The notes under the pieces: model-generated
The model's input: the letters and a program-made list of their open reading frames with translations, nothing else
Told to the model about the DNA's origin: nothing
The model's database searches: none
Assembly (NCBI RefSeq): GCF_009914755.1
Contig: NC_060929.1
DNA length: 64,000 nt
From: the human T2T-CHM13v2.0 reference genome, Homo sapiens
Direction: 5' to 3' (one strand)
Program-made: the position numbers and the translations under genes
Part shown: positions 21,461 to 35,609 of the stretch, piece after piece
How the letters are laid out: every line of letters begins with the position of its first letter
Numbering within the stretch: the stretch's first letter is position 1

Positions 21461-21996
21461 GTGTAGGTACAGCTGGTTGCCTACATAACATTTATTCTCC
21501 TCCTTAAACTTCTTTCTCTCTACTAAAATTCTAATTTTGTGTGGCTATACACCCTCTTCAATAGGGTCATTTACATCAGGGAAGAATGAGCCCTGATTGG
21601 TTTAAGTTAATCATGTGATTGATTTAGCTTGGCATGTGAGTCAGGCCAGTGGCCATCAGCAGAAGTCAGCTAAGGGCTTTTTGTGAGATGGTTCTTTCTC
21701 ATTTGAAAAGTTTGTAAGAAAGAGTTCATTACTGGACATTTTCAATGGGATAGCTAAAACGGTGGCAGTCATATTGAGACCTCAGGCGAGGAACTAGGGG
21801 AGGACAAGGCTAACAGGCTGAAGATGGCACAAGACAAGGAAGGAATGATGACATCATGAGCCAAGGATTAATCAACCTTGGAGTTAAGCTGTTCTGACAA
21901 TTCTTGTTAGAGGAAATGGTTTATTTTCTTTAGTATCTAAGCTAACTTATATTGATGCTTCGGTAACTTGCAGCCTAAAGCAGCTTGACTGATACA
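21461..21996 (+). mobile_element. MaLR LTR, old MLT1
   Basis: MLT1-type end ACTTGCAGCCTAAAGCAGCTTGACTGATACA. Confidence 0.65.
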
Positions 21997-22373
21997 GGCC
22001 TGAAAGTCAAGCTACTACTTAGCTATTTTGGGGGTTCCTCTCAAAATAGTAACATCAACCCAAAGGAAGAAAGTAGACACACTGTCACTTTAGTATGCCA
22101 TCTTCAACCATCTAGTGGGCATCTATTGATTTTAATTTTATTTAAATCTAAGGAATAACTACTGTGTTCTGAGTGTCCTGCACTTAACTAAGCTGATTGT
22201 CCAAGGAGAAGATATTTCTCTACTGTGACAAGTTCTCCTATTTCCTAATTAAAGTACAATTAATACTCTGAAACAAGAGTAGCAAACTTTTTCATAAGAA
22301 CTCACACATGGTAAAGAAAGAACTAGAGTGTTGACAATTACAAAGTATCATTGATTAAATGAGAGTTAGAGGC

Positions 22374-22740
22374 TGGTATGGTTTGGCTGTCTGTCCCCAC
22401 CCAAGTCTGATCTCGAATTGTAATCTCCACAGGTCAAGGGAGGGACCTGGTGGGAGGTGAATGGATGATGGGGGTGGTTTCCCCCATGCTGTTCTTATGA
22501 TAGTGAGGGAGTTCTCATGAGATCTGATTGTTTGATAAATGTCTGGCATTTCCCCTGTGCTCACTCTCACTCACCTGCCACCATGTAAGATGTGCCTTGC
22601 TTCTCCTTCACCTTTTGCCATGATTGTAAGCTTCCTGAGGCCTCCTCTGCCATGCATAATTGTGAGTCAATTAAACCTTTCTTTATAAAGTACCCAGTCT
22701 TAGGTATTTCTTTATAATAGTGTGAAAATGGACTAATACA
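22374..22740 (+). mobile_element. MaLR solo LTR, THE1C/THE1D-like
   Basis: TGGTATGGTTTGGCTGTCTGTCCCCACCCAA start; CAATTAAACCTTTCTTTATAAA...GGACTAATACA end. Confidence 0.93.
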
Positions 22741-23344
22741 GAACCCATATTGTGAATGTATCTTTTTAATCATTAACCAGCTGAAAATGTGAACGTTTCT
22801 TACTTGAACTAGCACATAGTTCTTAAATTTTAAAAAGAAGCATATAAATGTCTTTGTTTAGGAATGGAAACATATACATGTTATACACACATATCTCCAA
22901 ATTATGTAGAAAATGTGTATGCTTAGTTTGCATACACTTGTGGATGAGTGTATCTCTCTCTCACACACATGTACATATGTACATTAAACAGACACATGCA
23001 AACACATGTGTAAACACATGAGAAAAGGTCTGGAAGGATTTACCTAAAACTACGAATTCTTCTCTGGATGTTAAAGTAGTGGAGATAAATTGAGGGACAC
23101 AGAAATAGGAGGACACCAGAGGATATGATATCTATCCTATGACTTTATACTTTCTATGAAAAACACAGATGTTTTTATTATATGTATATATGTGACTTAT
23201 AAGTTCAAGAGCCTTAAAATCTTATACTTTTTGATTTAGCAATTTCTCCTTTACTAACTCATCATATAAAAATAATGTTAAATGTGGAAAAGATTTATAT
23301 ACAAAGATAATTTTCTACAGAATTATTTGTAATAGAAAATATGT

Positions 23345-26300
23345 GAAGAAGCCAAGATGGCTGAATAGACACAGTCAGGAAGAGCTTCTCTCAACAAGAG
23401 AGAACAGACAACCAGGTACACTCTGAATAGGTCTTTGAAAAGAAAGCATTAAAAGTGTACAGAGGGAGGATGCAGATCCCAGGCTGAAAGGGAAGGAAGC
23501 TGGGAAACTTGCACAGGGTTGCTGAGCACCAGGACTTGTTACTGGCCCTAAGTGGCTCCTGGAAAAGGGGTGAATGGAATAAGCATGGAATGGCTCACTC
23601 TTGCCATGGACCTCTGGAATCCTAGCTGTAGAAGACCCCACAATCCCCATGGACATTTGAGCTGGCACAGGGAACTGGATAGTTGGCAGGGATGGAACTC
23701 TAGCTTGCATGGAGGCCAGAGGGTTTTGTGCAGGAACAGCTACAGTAGAGTACAGCCATGGGTACCCATAAACCAAGGCTCACCACACTCCTCTAGGTGG
23801 CTTTAGCCTTTGTTGACTGCTGGACAAGGACAGAGCAGGATTATCTTTCTTGTAGGATGGAGCCAGTCTGATCTAAGCAACACTCTGTCTGTTGGCCTAT
23901 CCTAGGGTCCCTACTGGCTACAGCCTCTTGCAGCGTGGCCTCAGCTGTCCATCCAAGGTGCTTGCCAGCAGCCACATAATAGCTCTTTCACCAGCAGATG
24001 CCACCTAATAGTCAGAGAGCTGCTACTGGTGGGCCCCCACTGATGAGCACCTGCCCACAGTCCTCCCTGGCCAGCACATACTCACCTGCAGCTTTCCTCA
24101 ACTGCTTCTCAGTCACACATTCTCCTGCAGCCTCCCCCTGCTTCATTAATGCAAATGCAGGATCTGGCATTTTCTACTACCTCCTGCATGCTCATGCATG
24201 GACATGGCCGCTGCCCACCATCTCCCGGCTGAAATACTTTTGCCAGCATTCCTCATTGGAGGGTTGTTGCCAGCAGACTAGGAACACCTCAGTCCCTTCA
24301 ATGCAGCAGGTACTGAAACTTGAGGGCCCAAAGAAAAAAGCCATGGCCCAGTCCCAGCATCCCCAGGGTTAGAGTACAAATTTCTAGAGTGCTGAGCTTA
24401 GCTTTGCCCCCTGAACTAATAAAGAAGCAAAGCCAATAGACAAAACCCAACTTATACCACAGTCAAACCCACAAGGGCATCAAAGAATTAAAGATCAAAG
24501 GGCTCTATCCAAAGGGAACAGCTTTAAAGATTAAAGGAACATCAGCCCACACAGATGAGAAAGAACCAGCAGAAGAACTCTGGCAACCCTAAAAGCCAGA
24601 GTCTCTTCTTAGCTTCAAATAACCTCACTAGCTTCCAGGTAATGGCTCTTAACCAGATGGAAATGGCTGGAGTGACAGACATAGAATTTAGAATCTAAAT
24701 GACAATGAAGATCATCAAGATTAAAACCCAATCCAAGGAATCTAAGGAATCCAGTAAAACGATTCAAGAGCTGCAAGACAAAATAGCCATTTTAAGAAAG
24801 AATGAAACTGATCTTATACAGCTTAAAAACTCACTACAAGAATTTCATAATAAAATAGGAAATATTGGAGCAAAATAGACCAAGCTGAGGAAAGAATTTC
24901 AAAGCTCAAATGCCAGTTCTTTAAATGAATTCAGTTAGACAAAAATTATTTTAAAATAATTTTTAAAAATGAATAAAATTTCTGAGAAATATGGGATTAT
25001 GTGAAGAGACCAAATCTATGACTCATTGACATCCCAGAAAGAGAGAGAGAGAGCAAGCAACTTGGAAAACATATTTGAGGATATTGTCCACAAAAGTTTC
25101 CACAATCTCCCTAGAGAGGTTTACATGCAAATTCAGGAAATTCAGAGAACCCCAGTAAGATACTATACAAGATAACGATTTCCAAGACACAGTCATCAGA
25201 TTCTCCAAATCAATGTGAAAGAAAAGAACATTAAAGACAGATAGAGAGAAGGGGAAGGTCAAATACAAAGGGAATTCTTTCAGGCTAACAGTGGACCTTT
25301 CAGTAGAACCCTTGCAAGACAGAAGAGACTGGGAGTCTATATGTAGCATCCTTAAAGAAAAGAAATTCCAATCAAGAGTTTTATATCCAGATGAGTTAAG
25401 CTTCAAAAGCAAAGGAGAAATAAAATCCTATTCAGATAAACAAATGCTAAAGTAATATATTCCCACCAGAACCTGCCTTATGAGAGGTCGTTGAGGGGGT
25501 GTTAAATGTGAAAAAGAAAGACCAAAGCACACTGAAGTAGATAGACCATCAACAGTATACAGCAATTATACTATCAAGTCTACATAACAACGAGCTAACA
25601 ATATGATGACAATATCAAATCCTCACATCAATATTAACCTTGAGTATAAATGGGCTAAATGCCCCACTTAGTAGACACCAAGTGGCAAGTTGTATAAAGA
25701 AGCAAGACCCAACTGTATGCTGTCTTCAAGAGACTCATCTCTCATGTAATGACACATAGGCTCAAAGCAAAGGGATGGAGAAAGATCTATCAAGCAAATA
25801 AAAAACAAAAGAGAGCAGAGGCTGCTGTTCTTATTTCAGACAAAACAGACTTTAAATGAACAATGATCAAAAAAGACAAAGAAGGGAATTACATAATGAT
25901 AAAGCTTTAGCTGTCCTAAATATAATATATGCACCCAACTCAACAAGAAGACTTAACTGTCCTAAATATATGCACCTAATAATAGAGCACTCAGATTTAT
26001 AAAACAAATTCTTAGAGACCTATGAAGAGACTTTAGATAACCACTCAATAATAGTGTGAGTCCAGCACCCCATTGAGAGTGTTGGACAGATCACTGAGGC
26101 AGAAAACTAACAAAGATATTTGATAACTCAATTAGACATTTGGCCAAATGGACATAACAGACATCTACAGAATACTCCACTCAACAACAACAGAACACAC
26201 GTTCTTCTCTTCTGCATATGGGACATATTCTAAGATCAACAACATGCTCAGCCATATAGCAATTCTCAACAAATTCCAAAAGAACCAAACTCATACTAAG

Positions 26301-29300
26301 CACACTCTCAGACCAGAATGCAATAAAAATAGAAGTTAATACTGAGAATGTCTCTCAAAACCATATAATTACATGGAAATTAAACAATCTGCTCCTGAAT
26401 AACTTCTGAGTAAAGAATGAAATAAAAGCAAAAATCAAGAAATTATTTCAGACTAATGGAACCAAATATACAGTATGCCAGAATCTCTGGGAAAGAGCTA
26501 AAAGAAAGGTTAAGAGGAAAGTTTACAGCAGCAAATTCCTATATCAAAAAGTTAGAAAGACCTCAACTTAACAACCTAACATTACAGCCAGAGGAACTAG
26601 AAAAACAAGAACAAACCAGCCTCAAATCTAGCAGAAGAAAAGAAATAACCAAAATCAGAACTGAGCTCAATGAAATTGAGATTTGAAAAATCCATACAGA
26701 AGACCAACAAAACCAAAAGTTTGTTCTTTGAAAGAATAAATAAGATTGATAGACCATTAGCTAGATTAATAAATAAAGAAATAGAGAAGATCCAAATAAA
26801 CACAATCAAAAATGACAAAGGGGACATTACCATTAACCCCACAGAAATACAAAACACCCTCAAAGACTATTATGAACACTGTTATACACACAAACTAGAG
26901 AACCTAGAAGAAATGGATAAATTTCTGGAAACAAAAAACCTGCCAGGATTGAACCAGGAAGCAAATAAATATCTGACTAGACCAATGTTGAGATATGAAA
27001 TTGAATCAATAATAAAAAACCTGCTAACCAGAAAAAGCCCTGGACCAGATGGATGCACAGCCCAATTTTACCAGACATGTAAGTAAGAGCTGATGCCAAT
27101 CGTACTGAAGTTATTAAAAAAAAAACATTGAGGAGGAAAAACTCCTCCCTAACTCATTCTATGAGGTCAGCATCATTTTGATACTAAACCTGGCAGAGAT
27201 ATAATGAAAAAAGAAAAGTTCAAGCCAGTATCACTAATGAACAAAAATGCAAAACTCTTGAACAAAATACTAGCAACTTGAATCCAGTAGTACATTAAAA
27301 AGCAAATCCACCATGATTAAGTATGCTTTATTCTGGAGATACAAGTTTGGTTCAACTTACACAAATCAATAAATGTGACTTATTACATAAACAGAACTAA
27401 ACAAAAACCACATGACCACCTCAATAGACACAAAAAAAGCTTTTGATAAAATTAAACTTTCCTTCATGTTAAAAACTTTCCAAAAGAACATACTTCAAAA
27501 TAATATGAGATATCTATGACAAATCCACAGCAAACCTCATACTGAACCAGGCAAAAGTTGGAAGCATCCTGCTTGAGAACCAGAACAAGGCAAGGATGTC
27601 CACTCTCACTACTCCTATTCAACATAGTGCTGGAAATCCTAGCCAGAGCAATTAGGCAAGAGAAAGAAATAAAGGGCATTTAAATAGAGAAGAGAAAGTC
27701 AAACTATCTCTCTTCACAGATGATATGATTCTATACCTAGAAAACTTCATAGTCTCTGTCTAAAGGCTCCTAGAACTGATAAACAACTTCAGTAAAGTTT
27801 CAAGTTACAAAATCAATGTACGAAAACAGCAGCATTTCTGTACACCAATAATGTCTAAGCTGAGAGCCAAATCAAGAGTGTAATACCCTTCAAAATAGCC
27901 ACAAAAATTAAAATACCAATGAATACAGCCAACCAAGGAGAATAAAAGATCTGTACAATAAGAATGAAAAAACACTGCTGAAAGAAATCAGAGGTGACAC
28001 AAACAAATGGGAAAACATTGCATACTCGTGGATAGGAAGAATCAAAATTGTTAAAATGGCCATTCTGACCAAAGCAATTTACAGATTCAATGCTATTCTG
28101 ATCAAACTACCAACATAATTTTTCAGAGTTAGAAAAAAAATTCTAAGATTCATATGGAACTAAAAATCAGCCCAGATAGCCAAAACAATTCTAAGCAAAA
28201 AGAACAAAGCTGGAGGCTTCACGCTACTTGACTTCAAACTATACTACAAGGCTGCACTAATGAATACAGCCTGGTATTTGTACAAAAACAGACAAATATG
28301 CCAATGGAACAAGTTAGAAAACTAAATAAACTAATAAAGCCACACATGTGCAATCAATAGATCTTCAGGAAAGTTGACAATAAAAAGCAATAGGGAAAAT
28401 ACTCCCTGTTCAATAAATTGTGCTGAGACATCTGGCCAGCCATATACAGAAGATTGAAACTGGACCCCTTCCTTTCACAGTATGCAAAAATCAATTCAAG
28501 ATGGATTAAAGACTTAAATGTAAAACCTAAGACTGTAAAAACCCTAGCAGAAAACCTAGAAAAAACCATTCTGGACATTGGCCTTGGCAAAGATTTCAGG
28601 ATGAAGATGCTGAAAGCAATTGCAACAAAAATAAAAATTGACAAATGAGATCTAATTAAACTAAACAGCTTCTGCACAGAAAAATAAGCTATCAACAGAG
28701 TAAACAGACAATCTACAGAATAGGAGAAAATGTTTGCAAACTATGCATCTGACAAAGGTTTAATATCCAGAATCTATAAGAAACAAATCAACAAGCAAAG
28801 AGCAAAGAACTCCATTAAAAGTGGGCAAAGGACATGAATAGTCCTGTTGTGGAAAGTCAGGGACCCCGAACAGAGAGACCGGCTGGAGCCGAGGCAGAAG
28901 AACATAAATTGTGAAGATTTCATGGACATTTATCACTTCCCCAATCAATACTCTTATAATTTCTTATGCCTGTCTTTACTTTAATCTCTTAATCCTGCTA
29001 TCTTCATAAGCTGAGAATGTACATCACCTTAGGACCACTATTGTACAAAATGAATGTAAAATATGTATGTTTGAACAATATGAAATCAGTGCACCCTGAA
29101 AAAGAACAGAATAACAGCGATTTTCAGGGAACGAGGGAAGATGACCATAAGGTCTGACTGCCTGCAGGGTCAGGCAGAATACAGCCATATTTTTCTTCTT
29201 GCAGGGAGCCTATAAAAGGATGTGGGAGTAGGAGAAATATCACTGAATTCTTTCCAGCAAAGAATATTAATAATTGAGACCCTGGGGAAGAAATGTATTC

Positions 29301-30637
29301 CTGGAGGTAGGTCTATAGACGGCCGCTCTGGGAGTGTCTGTCTTATGCGGTTGAGATAAGGACTGAAATATGCCCTGGTCTCCTGCAGTACCCTCAAGCT
29401 TACTAGGATTGGGAAATTACAGCCTGGTAAATTCTAGTCTGATCAGTTGTCTGCTCTCAAACCCTGTTTCCTGTTAAGATGTGTATCAAGACAATGCGTG
29501 CACAGTGGGACATAGAACCTCATCGTAATTCTAATTTTGCCTTGCCTTGTGATCTTTATGGCCCTTTGAAGCATGTGATCCTTGTGACTTACTCCCTGTT
29601 CGTACACCCCCTCCCTTTTTAAAATCCCTAATAAAAACTTGCTGGTTTTGCAGCTCGGGGTTGCCGTCACAGTCCTACCAATATGTGATGACACCCCCAG
29701 AGGCCCAGCTGTAAAATTTCTCTCTTTGTACTCTTTCTCTTTATTTCTGAGACCAGCTGACACTTAGGGAAAATAGAAAGAACCTATGTTGAAATATTGG
29801 GGGCTGGTTCCCCCAATATAGTCCCTTCTCAAAGCAGACATACATGCAGCCGACAGCATATGAAAAAAATGTTCAGCATCACTAATCACTAGAGAAATGC
29901 AAATCAAAATCACAATGAGATACTATCTCACACCAGTCAAAATGGATATTATTTAAACAGTGTCAAAAAACAATACCTATTGGCAAGATTGCAGAGAAAA
30001 GGGAATGCTTATACACTGCTGGTGGGCTTGTAAGTTAGTCCAGCCACTGTGGAAAGCATTTTGGATATTCCTCAAACCACTTAAAACAGAAGTACCATTC
30101 AACCCTGTAATCCCATTACTGTGTATATACCAAGGGAATATAAATCATTCTACCATAAAGACAATGTAGTATATTCATCACAGCACTTTTTACAATAGCA
30201 AAGACATAGAATCAAACTAGATGCCCAATTGTGGTGGATCAGATAAAGAAAATGTGGTACATATACATCATGGAATACTACACAGCCATAGAAAAGAATG
30301 AAATCATGACCTTTGCAGCAACATGGATGTACCTGGAGGCCATTATCCTAAGCAAATTAACACAGGAATGGAAAACCAAATACTGCATATCCTCACGGAT
30401 AAGTGGGTTCTTATCACTGAGTACACAAGGACACAAAGAGGGAAACAATAGACACTGGGGCTTGCTTGAAGTTGGAGAGTGGGAGGAGGGTGAGGATTGA
30501 AAAACTACCTATTGGGTACTATGCTCACTACCTGGGTGATGAACTCATTTGTAAACCTAATCCTAGCACCACGCAATTTACCCATGTAACAAACCTGCAC
30601 ATGTACCTACTGAACCTAAAATAAAAATTGGAAGAAA
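23345..30637 (+). mobile_element. Essentially full-length old primate LINE-1 (L1PA15/16 or L1PREC2-like), fully decayed
   Basis: GCCAAGATGGCTGAATAG 5' end, ORF1 remnant from ~24555, ORF2 remnant from ~25603 (SPGPDG near 27035), 3' UTR CTATTGGGTACTATGCTCACTACCTGGGTGA and A-rich end. Confidence 0.92.
28845..29818 (+). mobile_element. MER11 (HERV-K11/HML-8) solo LTR inserted in L1 ORF2
   Basis: TGTTGTGGAAAGTCAGGGACCCCGAAC start; GGGGCTGGTTCCCCCAATA end; perfect 6-bp TSD TAGTCC at 28839-28844 and 29819-29824. Confidence 0.95.
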
Positions 30638-30639
30638 AT

Positions 30640-31400
30640 GGAGATTTTTAAAACTATAAGATCATAACATGCATAACTATACAAACACATTTTAAAATTG
30701 GAATGAATGAATATTTTCTAGAAAAGAAAATGACCACAACTGGCCACAGAAAAAAAAATAAAAGACCTGAATAGACTAATAATCATAGAAAAATCTGAAG
30801 ATATATTCTGATAACTTTCTTTTCTTAAAAAAAATCACCAAACTCTTTTAAAAATGATTTCACAAGAGATTTCTTTTATAATAAATATGTTCTCTCCCAG
30901 TTTTTAAAAACTGTTCTAAAGTTTAGAAAAATATAGAAAACTTTCTAAATCATTTTAGGGAACTAGCATAGCCATAAGACCAAAATCTATGGTAGCACAT
31001 ATACAAAAAGACTCTATGACAGTTTAATTTATAAATATAAATTTTAAAAATCTAAATAAGACATAAGCAACTCAAATTGAGAAGTGCATTAAAAGAAAAA
31101 GATGTATCACCATCATGTAGAGTTCATCCCAAGATGAACCATTCCAAGTATGGCTCAACGTTAAGAAATGTAAATATCCTTTACTTGTTGAATTCTGTCA
31201 ACCAGAAACCAGTAAGTGTGTCTTATGTAATGGTTTGGTAGTGGAAAAATTTCCTTTAAAACAAACATAGAATTCTTATTGTCATTACTATCACTAAATA
31301 TGGACTGGAGGTAGTAAGCAATGTAATAAGACATTTATTTGTAAAAGAAGAGGTGATCTTGTAATTATTTTCAGAGATTTTTTATCATTTACCTAGAAAT
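30640..31400 (+). mobile_element. Ancient L1M(E) ORF2 remnant, part 1
   Basis: Highly diverged ORF2-like sequence (AAAGACCTGAATAGACTAATAA, GAGTTCATCCCAAGA, TTTACCTAGAAA). Confidence 0.6.
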
Positions 31401-31559
31401 GGTAAATTGAAATGAATACCCTTCACAGTTTAAAAAATGTCTCCATTTCCTACAAAAAAATCTATAAATCCATCTATATAGTTTCCTATATTTTCTATTT
31501 ACTCTCCCTTTTGAATAGAAGATACGTCTCTGATCCTATCAAAGATCAGTCTCTCTACT

Positions 31560-32172
31560 CAAGCCCTGGGGTTTAATCCTTTCTCTTCCCTCAACAATTT
31601 TGCTTATGCATGCTTTCTTCTCTCTCCTACACCTTTGATTTCTTCCTTTCTGCTGGGTTATTGACTCGTCTCAGAAGAGATACAAGCTCTGATATCTAAA
31701 ATATTTTGAATAAGAGCAAATCATTCCCTGATCCCGCTTCATCCCCTTTTGTTACTACTCTATTTCTTTGTTCCCATTACAACAAACCTTCTTTAAGGGG
31801 TTAATTGTCTACTCTAGTTGTCTCCATTTCCTCATCTTCCATATTACTCGACCCATTTCAACATGGCTTTCACCCCAATATTTCACTGAAGCTGGTTTTG
31901 TGAAGGTCATCAACTACACCTTCTTTTTTCCCAACTTCTCAGCAGCTCTTGATGGAGTTCTTGATGGAGCTCTCTTCTTAAATCTCCATCCTCACTTGGC
32001 TTCTGTGACATCACTCTTTCCCGCTGTTACTTTTCCATTTTCTCCAGCTGTTTTGCTATCTCCTCCTTCTCTACCTCACATCTAACCACCACATTGACAC
32101 AGAGTTTGGTCATGAGCTCTTTCTTTTCCCTCTTCTTCTCCTTCTTCTGTTTCTTCTTCTCCCTCTTCTTCT

Positions 32173-32207
<35 letters not shown>

Positions 32208-33472
32208 TTCTTTTTTTTTTGAGTTGAATTCTCACTCTGTCACCATGCTGGAGTGCAGTCTCTTGATCTCGGTTCACTGCAACCTCTGCCTCCCAGGTTC
32301 AAGCAATTGTCCTGTCTCAACCTCCTGAGTAGCTGGGACTACAGGCACATGCCATCACACCCAGCTAATTTTTGTATTTTTAGTAGAGACAGGGTTTAAC
32401 CATTTTGGCCAGGGTGGTCTTGATCTCTTGACCTCATGATCTGCCCGCCTCGGCCTCCCACAGTGCTGGGATTACAGACATGAGCCACGACACCTGGCCG
32501 CTCTTTCTTCTCTAACTTTACTATCTTCCTACATTATCCCATCTAGTCCTACAGCTTTAAATTCTAACTACATGCTTATAAATTTCAGGTTTATATCTCC
32601 AGGATTGATTGTTCCCCTGAGCAACAAATTCATCTATGTAAGCATGTATTTGACATATTTACATGGATGTCAACTAGGCATTTCAAAATAAACATTTCCC
32701 AAACAGAATCCTTGATCCTCCCTCTCCCTTGATGATCTACCATTCTCCAGTGTTTGTTATCTCAACAAATATTACCACAAATCACCCAGTTATTCAAGCC
32801 AAAAGCCTAATAGTCCTCTCCATTAAATTCATTAGTGAGTCTGATTCAGTCTACCTCATAGTTTGAGGTACTGCCAATCCAGCCAAGCCACCATCACTCT
32901 TAACTCCTGCAACGCAACCTCTCCTATTTCTACTCTTGTTTACTTGAAGATGTTTCTCCACACAGCCTGAGCAATAGTTTTAAAGCATAAATCAGATTGT
33001 TTCACTACTGTGCACTTTCAGTAGTTCCCAACTGCACTTGGAATATTTGAGATTCTTGCCCTGGCCTAACCCGACTTCTATTATCTTGGGTTTCTATTTA
33101 TTTATCTGAACTCTCACCCTTGCACACTTAGATCCAATTTCTGTTCCTTGCACTGCCAGATGCTTTCTAACATCAGGGCCTTTGGGTTAGTTGTCTTCTC
33201 TTCTAGAAAGTTCTTGACATGACTGGGTCCACTTTCTCCTCAGTCTCAAGCCTGTCCTCAAAAAGGCCTTCCTTGGTCATACGCCTGTGTATGACCTCTT
33301 CACTCTTCGTTACATCATTCTGTTTTACTTCTTCCATAGCACTAAAATATGTATTTGTTTCTTTGTTTATGACTCATTTTCCTACACTGGAATGCAAAGT
33401 CTCTGTGGGCACAGACCTGGCAATATCTCCAACGTTTGACACATAATGGGTGTTCAATAGTTATTTAATAAA
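31560..33472 (+). mobile_element. L2 LINE remnant (~1.5 kb excluding the Alu)
   Basis: Pyrimidine-rich L2 RT and 3' sequence (GTGAAGGTCATCAA, GGATGTCAACTAGGCATTTCAAA, GGTGTTCAATAGTTATTT). Confidence 0.75.
32126..32499 (-). mobile_element. Alu (AluSc-like) with (GAA)n-containing tail
   Basis: Antisense Alu at 32211-32499, preceded by a (TTC)n tract; TSD ~GCTCTTTCTT on both sides. Confidence 0.94.
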
Positions 33473-33571
33473 AATCTAGATAGCAACTATTTGATTATTC
33501 AAATTAATAAATGAGTTAAAAAAGGTGACTACACTGTAGCAATAGGTAAATTTTAGGAGTATTCCTTTTCA

Positions 33572-33962
<391 letters not shown>

Positions 33963-34167
33963 AAGGGCAACAAAACCTTATGAAACACCTATCAGTAAAC
34001 CTGACAGGGATTATACTAGAATCTATTTGAAGAAAACTATAAAACCTAATTGAAATATGTAAGAGAAAATCTGAATAAATAGACTAATATATCATATTCC
34101 TGGGTAGGATTAAATAAACTAATTTCTACAAAATAAATTGACAGAGTCAAGTGAGTCTTAATAAAAA

Positions 34168-34169
<2 letters not shown>

Positions 34170-34200
<31 letters not shown>

Positions 34201-34317
34201 TAACAGAAATGAGGTCTCACTATGTAGCCAGGCTGGTCTTGAATTCCTGGGCTCAAGTGATCCTCCTGCTTCCACCTCCCAAAGTGCTAGTATTACAGAC
34301 GTGAGCCAACATGCCCA
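34170..34317 (-). mobile_element. Alu left monomer (FLAM-like) with long poly(T)
   Basis: Single arm GAGGTCTCACTATGTAGCCAGGCTGGTCTTGAATTCCTGGGCTCAAG...GTGAGCCA. Confidence 0.88.
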
Positions 34318-35609
34318 AACCTTCAATAGTAGTCTTAACACGATTTTAAAAAACGTAATGAGAGTCAATTCTAAAACTTTTCTGAAGAAGAAAATAAGAA
34401 TATCTAAGAAAACTTTCTTAAACTTTTTAAGGGAAAGAATAATGGAGGAGGGTAAAGACTTACCTTTCCTGATGTTTTAAAAAATTAAAATAAATTTAAA
34501 AATTAAAATGACAAATATTAAGATAGTGTAGAAATGGCATAGGAGTGAACTACATCAATGTAACAGACTAGAAATCTATGATGTATGTTAACTGCAATGT
34601 TTCAAAATAGGGGTATGGACATAACATTTAGTGAATAGTGTTGAAAAAGTTGTCAATTTTTAAAAATAAAACAAAATCTCTATCAAGCACTGTACACAAA
34701 TGCAAATTCCTTATGGATTCAGGTATTAAACAAAAAATACAACTAGAAAATAATAAGATGAAATTTTTCCAATATTCTTACAATGTAAGTATTGGAGATA
34801 TAAAACCCCAGAAACTATTAAAGCAGCTGAAAATTTAAATTCTTTTAATAAAAAATAAATCATAAACAAAATTCAAAAAGAAGTACTAAAAACATTATTT
34901 GCAACATACAACACACAAAAGTCTCAATATCCAGAATATACAGAAAATAACTATAAATCAATATATATATAAGACACACATCATAGCAGAAAAATGCACA
35001 GAGATCAGGAATAGATAACTTACAGAAGAAATACAGCTGTCCACTTAAAAACATGAATAAATGCTGAGCCTCACAAAAAATTGTGGAAATACAGTTTTTA
35101 AAACAATAATATTGTTTTGACCCATCATTATGCTGGCAAGATATTGAGAAAATGGACATTCTCATAGACTATATGTTACACCCTTATTGGAAAGAAACTT
35201 GTCAATAGTGTCAAAGTGTTAAACATATCTTCCTTTAAGCCAGTAATTGTCATTCCAGGGGATCTATCTAAAGAAATACTAGTGTAAGCACACAAAAAAG
35301 TATATTCTTTCTATCATTATTAGTAATAGCCAAAAGAAGAAAAAAAATACTGAAATATTGATCAGTTGGGAAATGGCTAAAATAACTTATGGTACATCTA
35401 TACCACAGAATGTATGCAGCATTTAAGAATAATTAAGTAGACCCATATATAAGATCTGGAAAAATCACCATGTTAAAAAAAAAAACTACTAAGCTGCAGG
35501 GAACAATATATACAGTACAATTTCGCACATGCACAGGCCCTCTTAGAAACTGATGCAGTTTCTGTGGGTAATATGGCTCAGGTGCAGCTGAAATAACACA
35601 AGTTACAGC

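Noticed and set aside
25905-25980. Short duplication CTGTCCTAAATATA...TGCACC in L1 ORF2 (similar 13-bp repeat at 60901-60933)
   Set aside because: Ordinary post-insertion slippage in dead elements.
23345-30637. Full-length L1 as a potentially active element
   Set aside because: Numerous stops and frameshifts, and an LTR inserted in ORF2.
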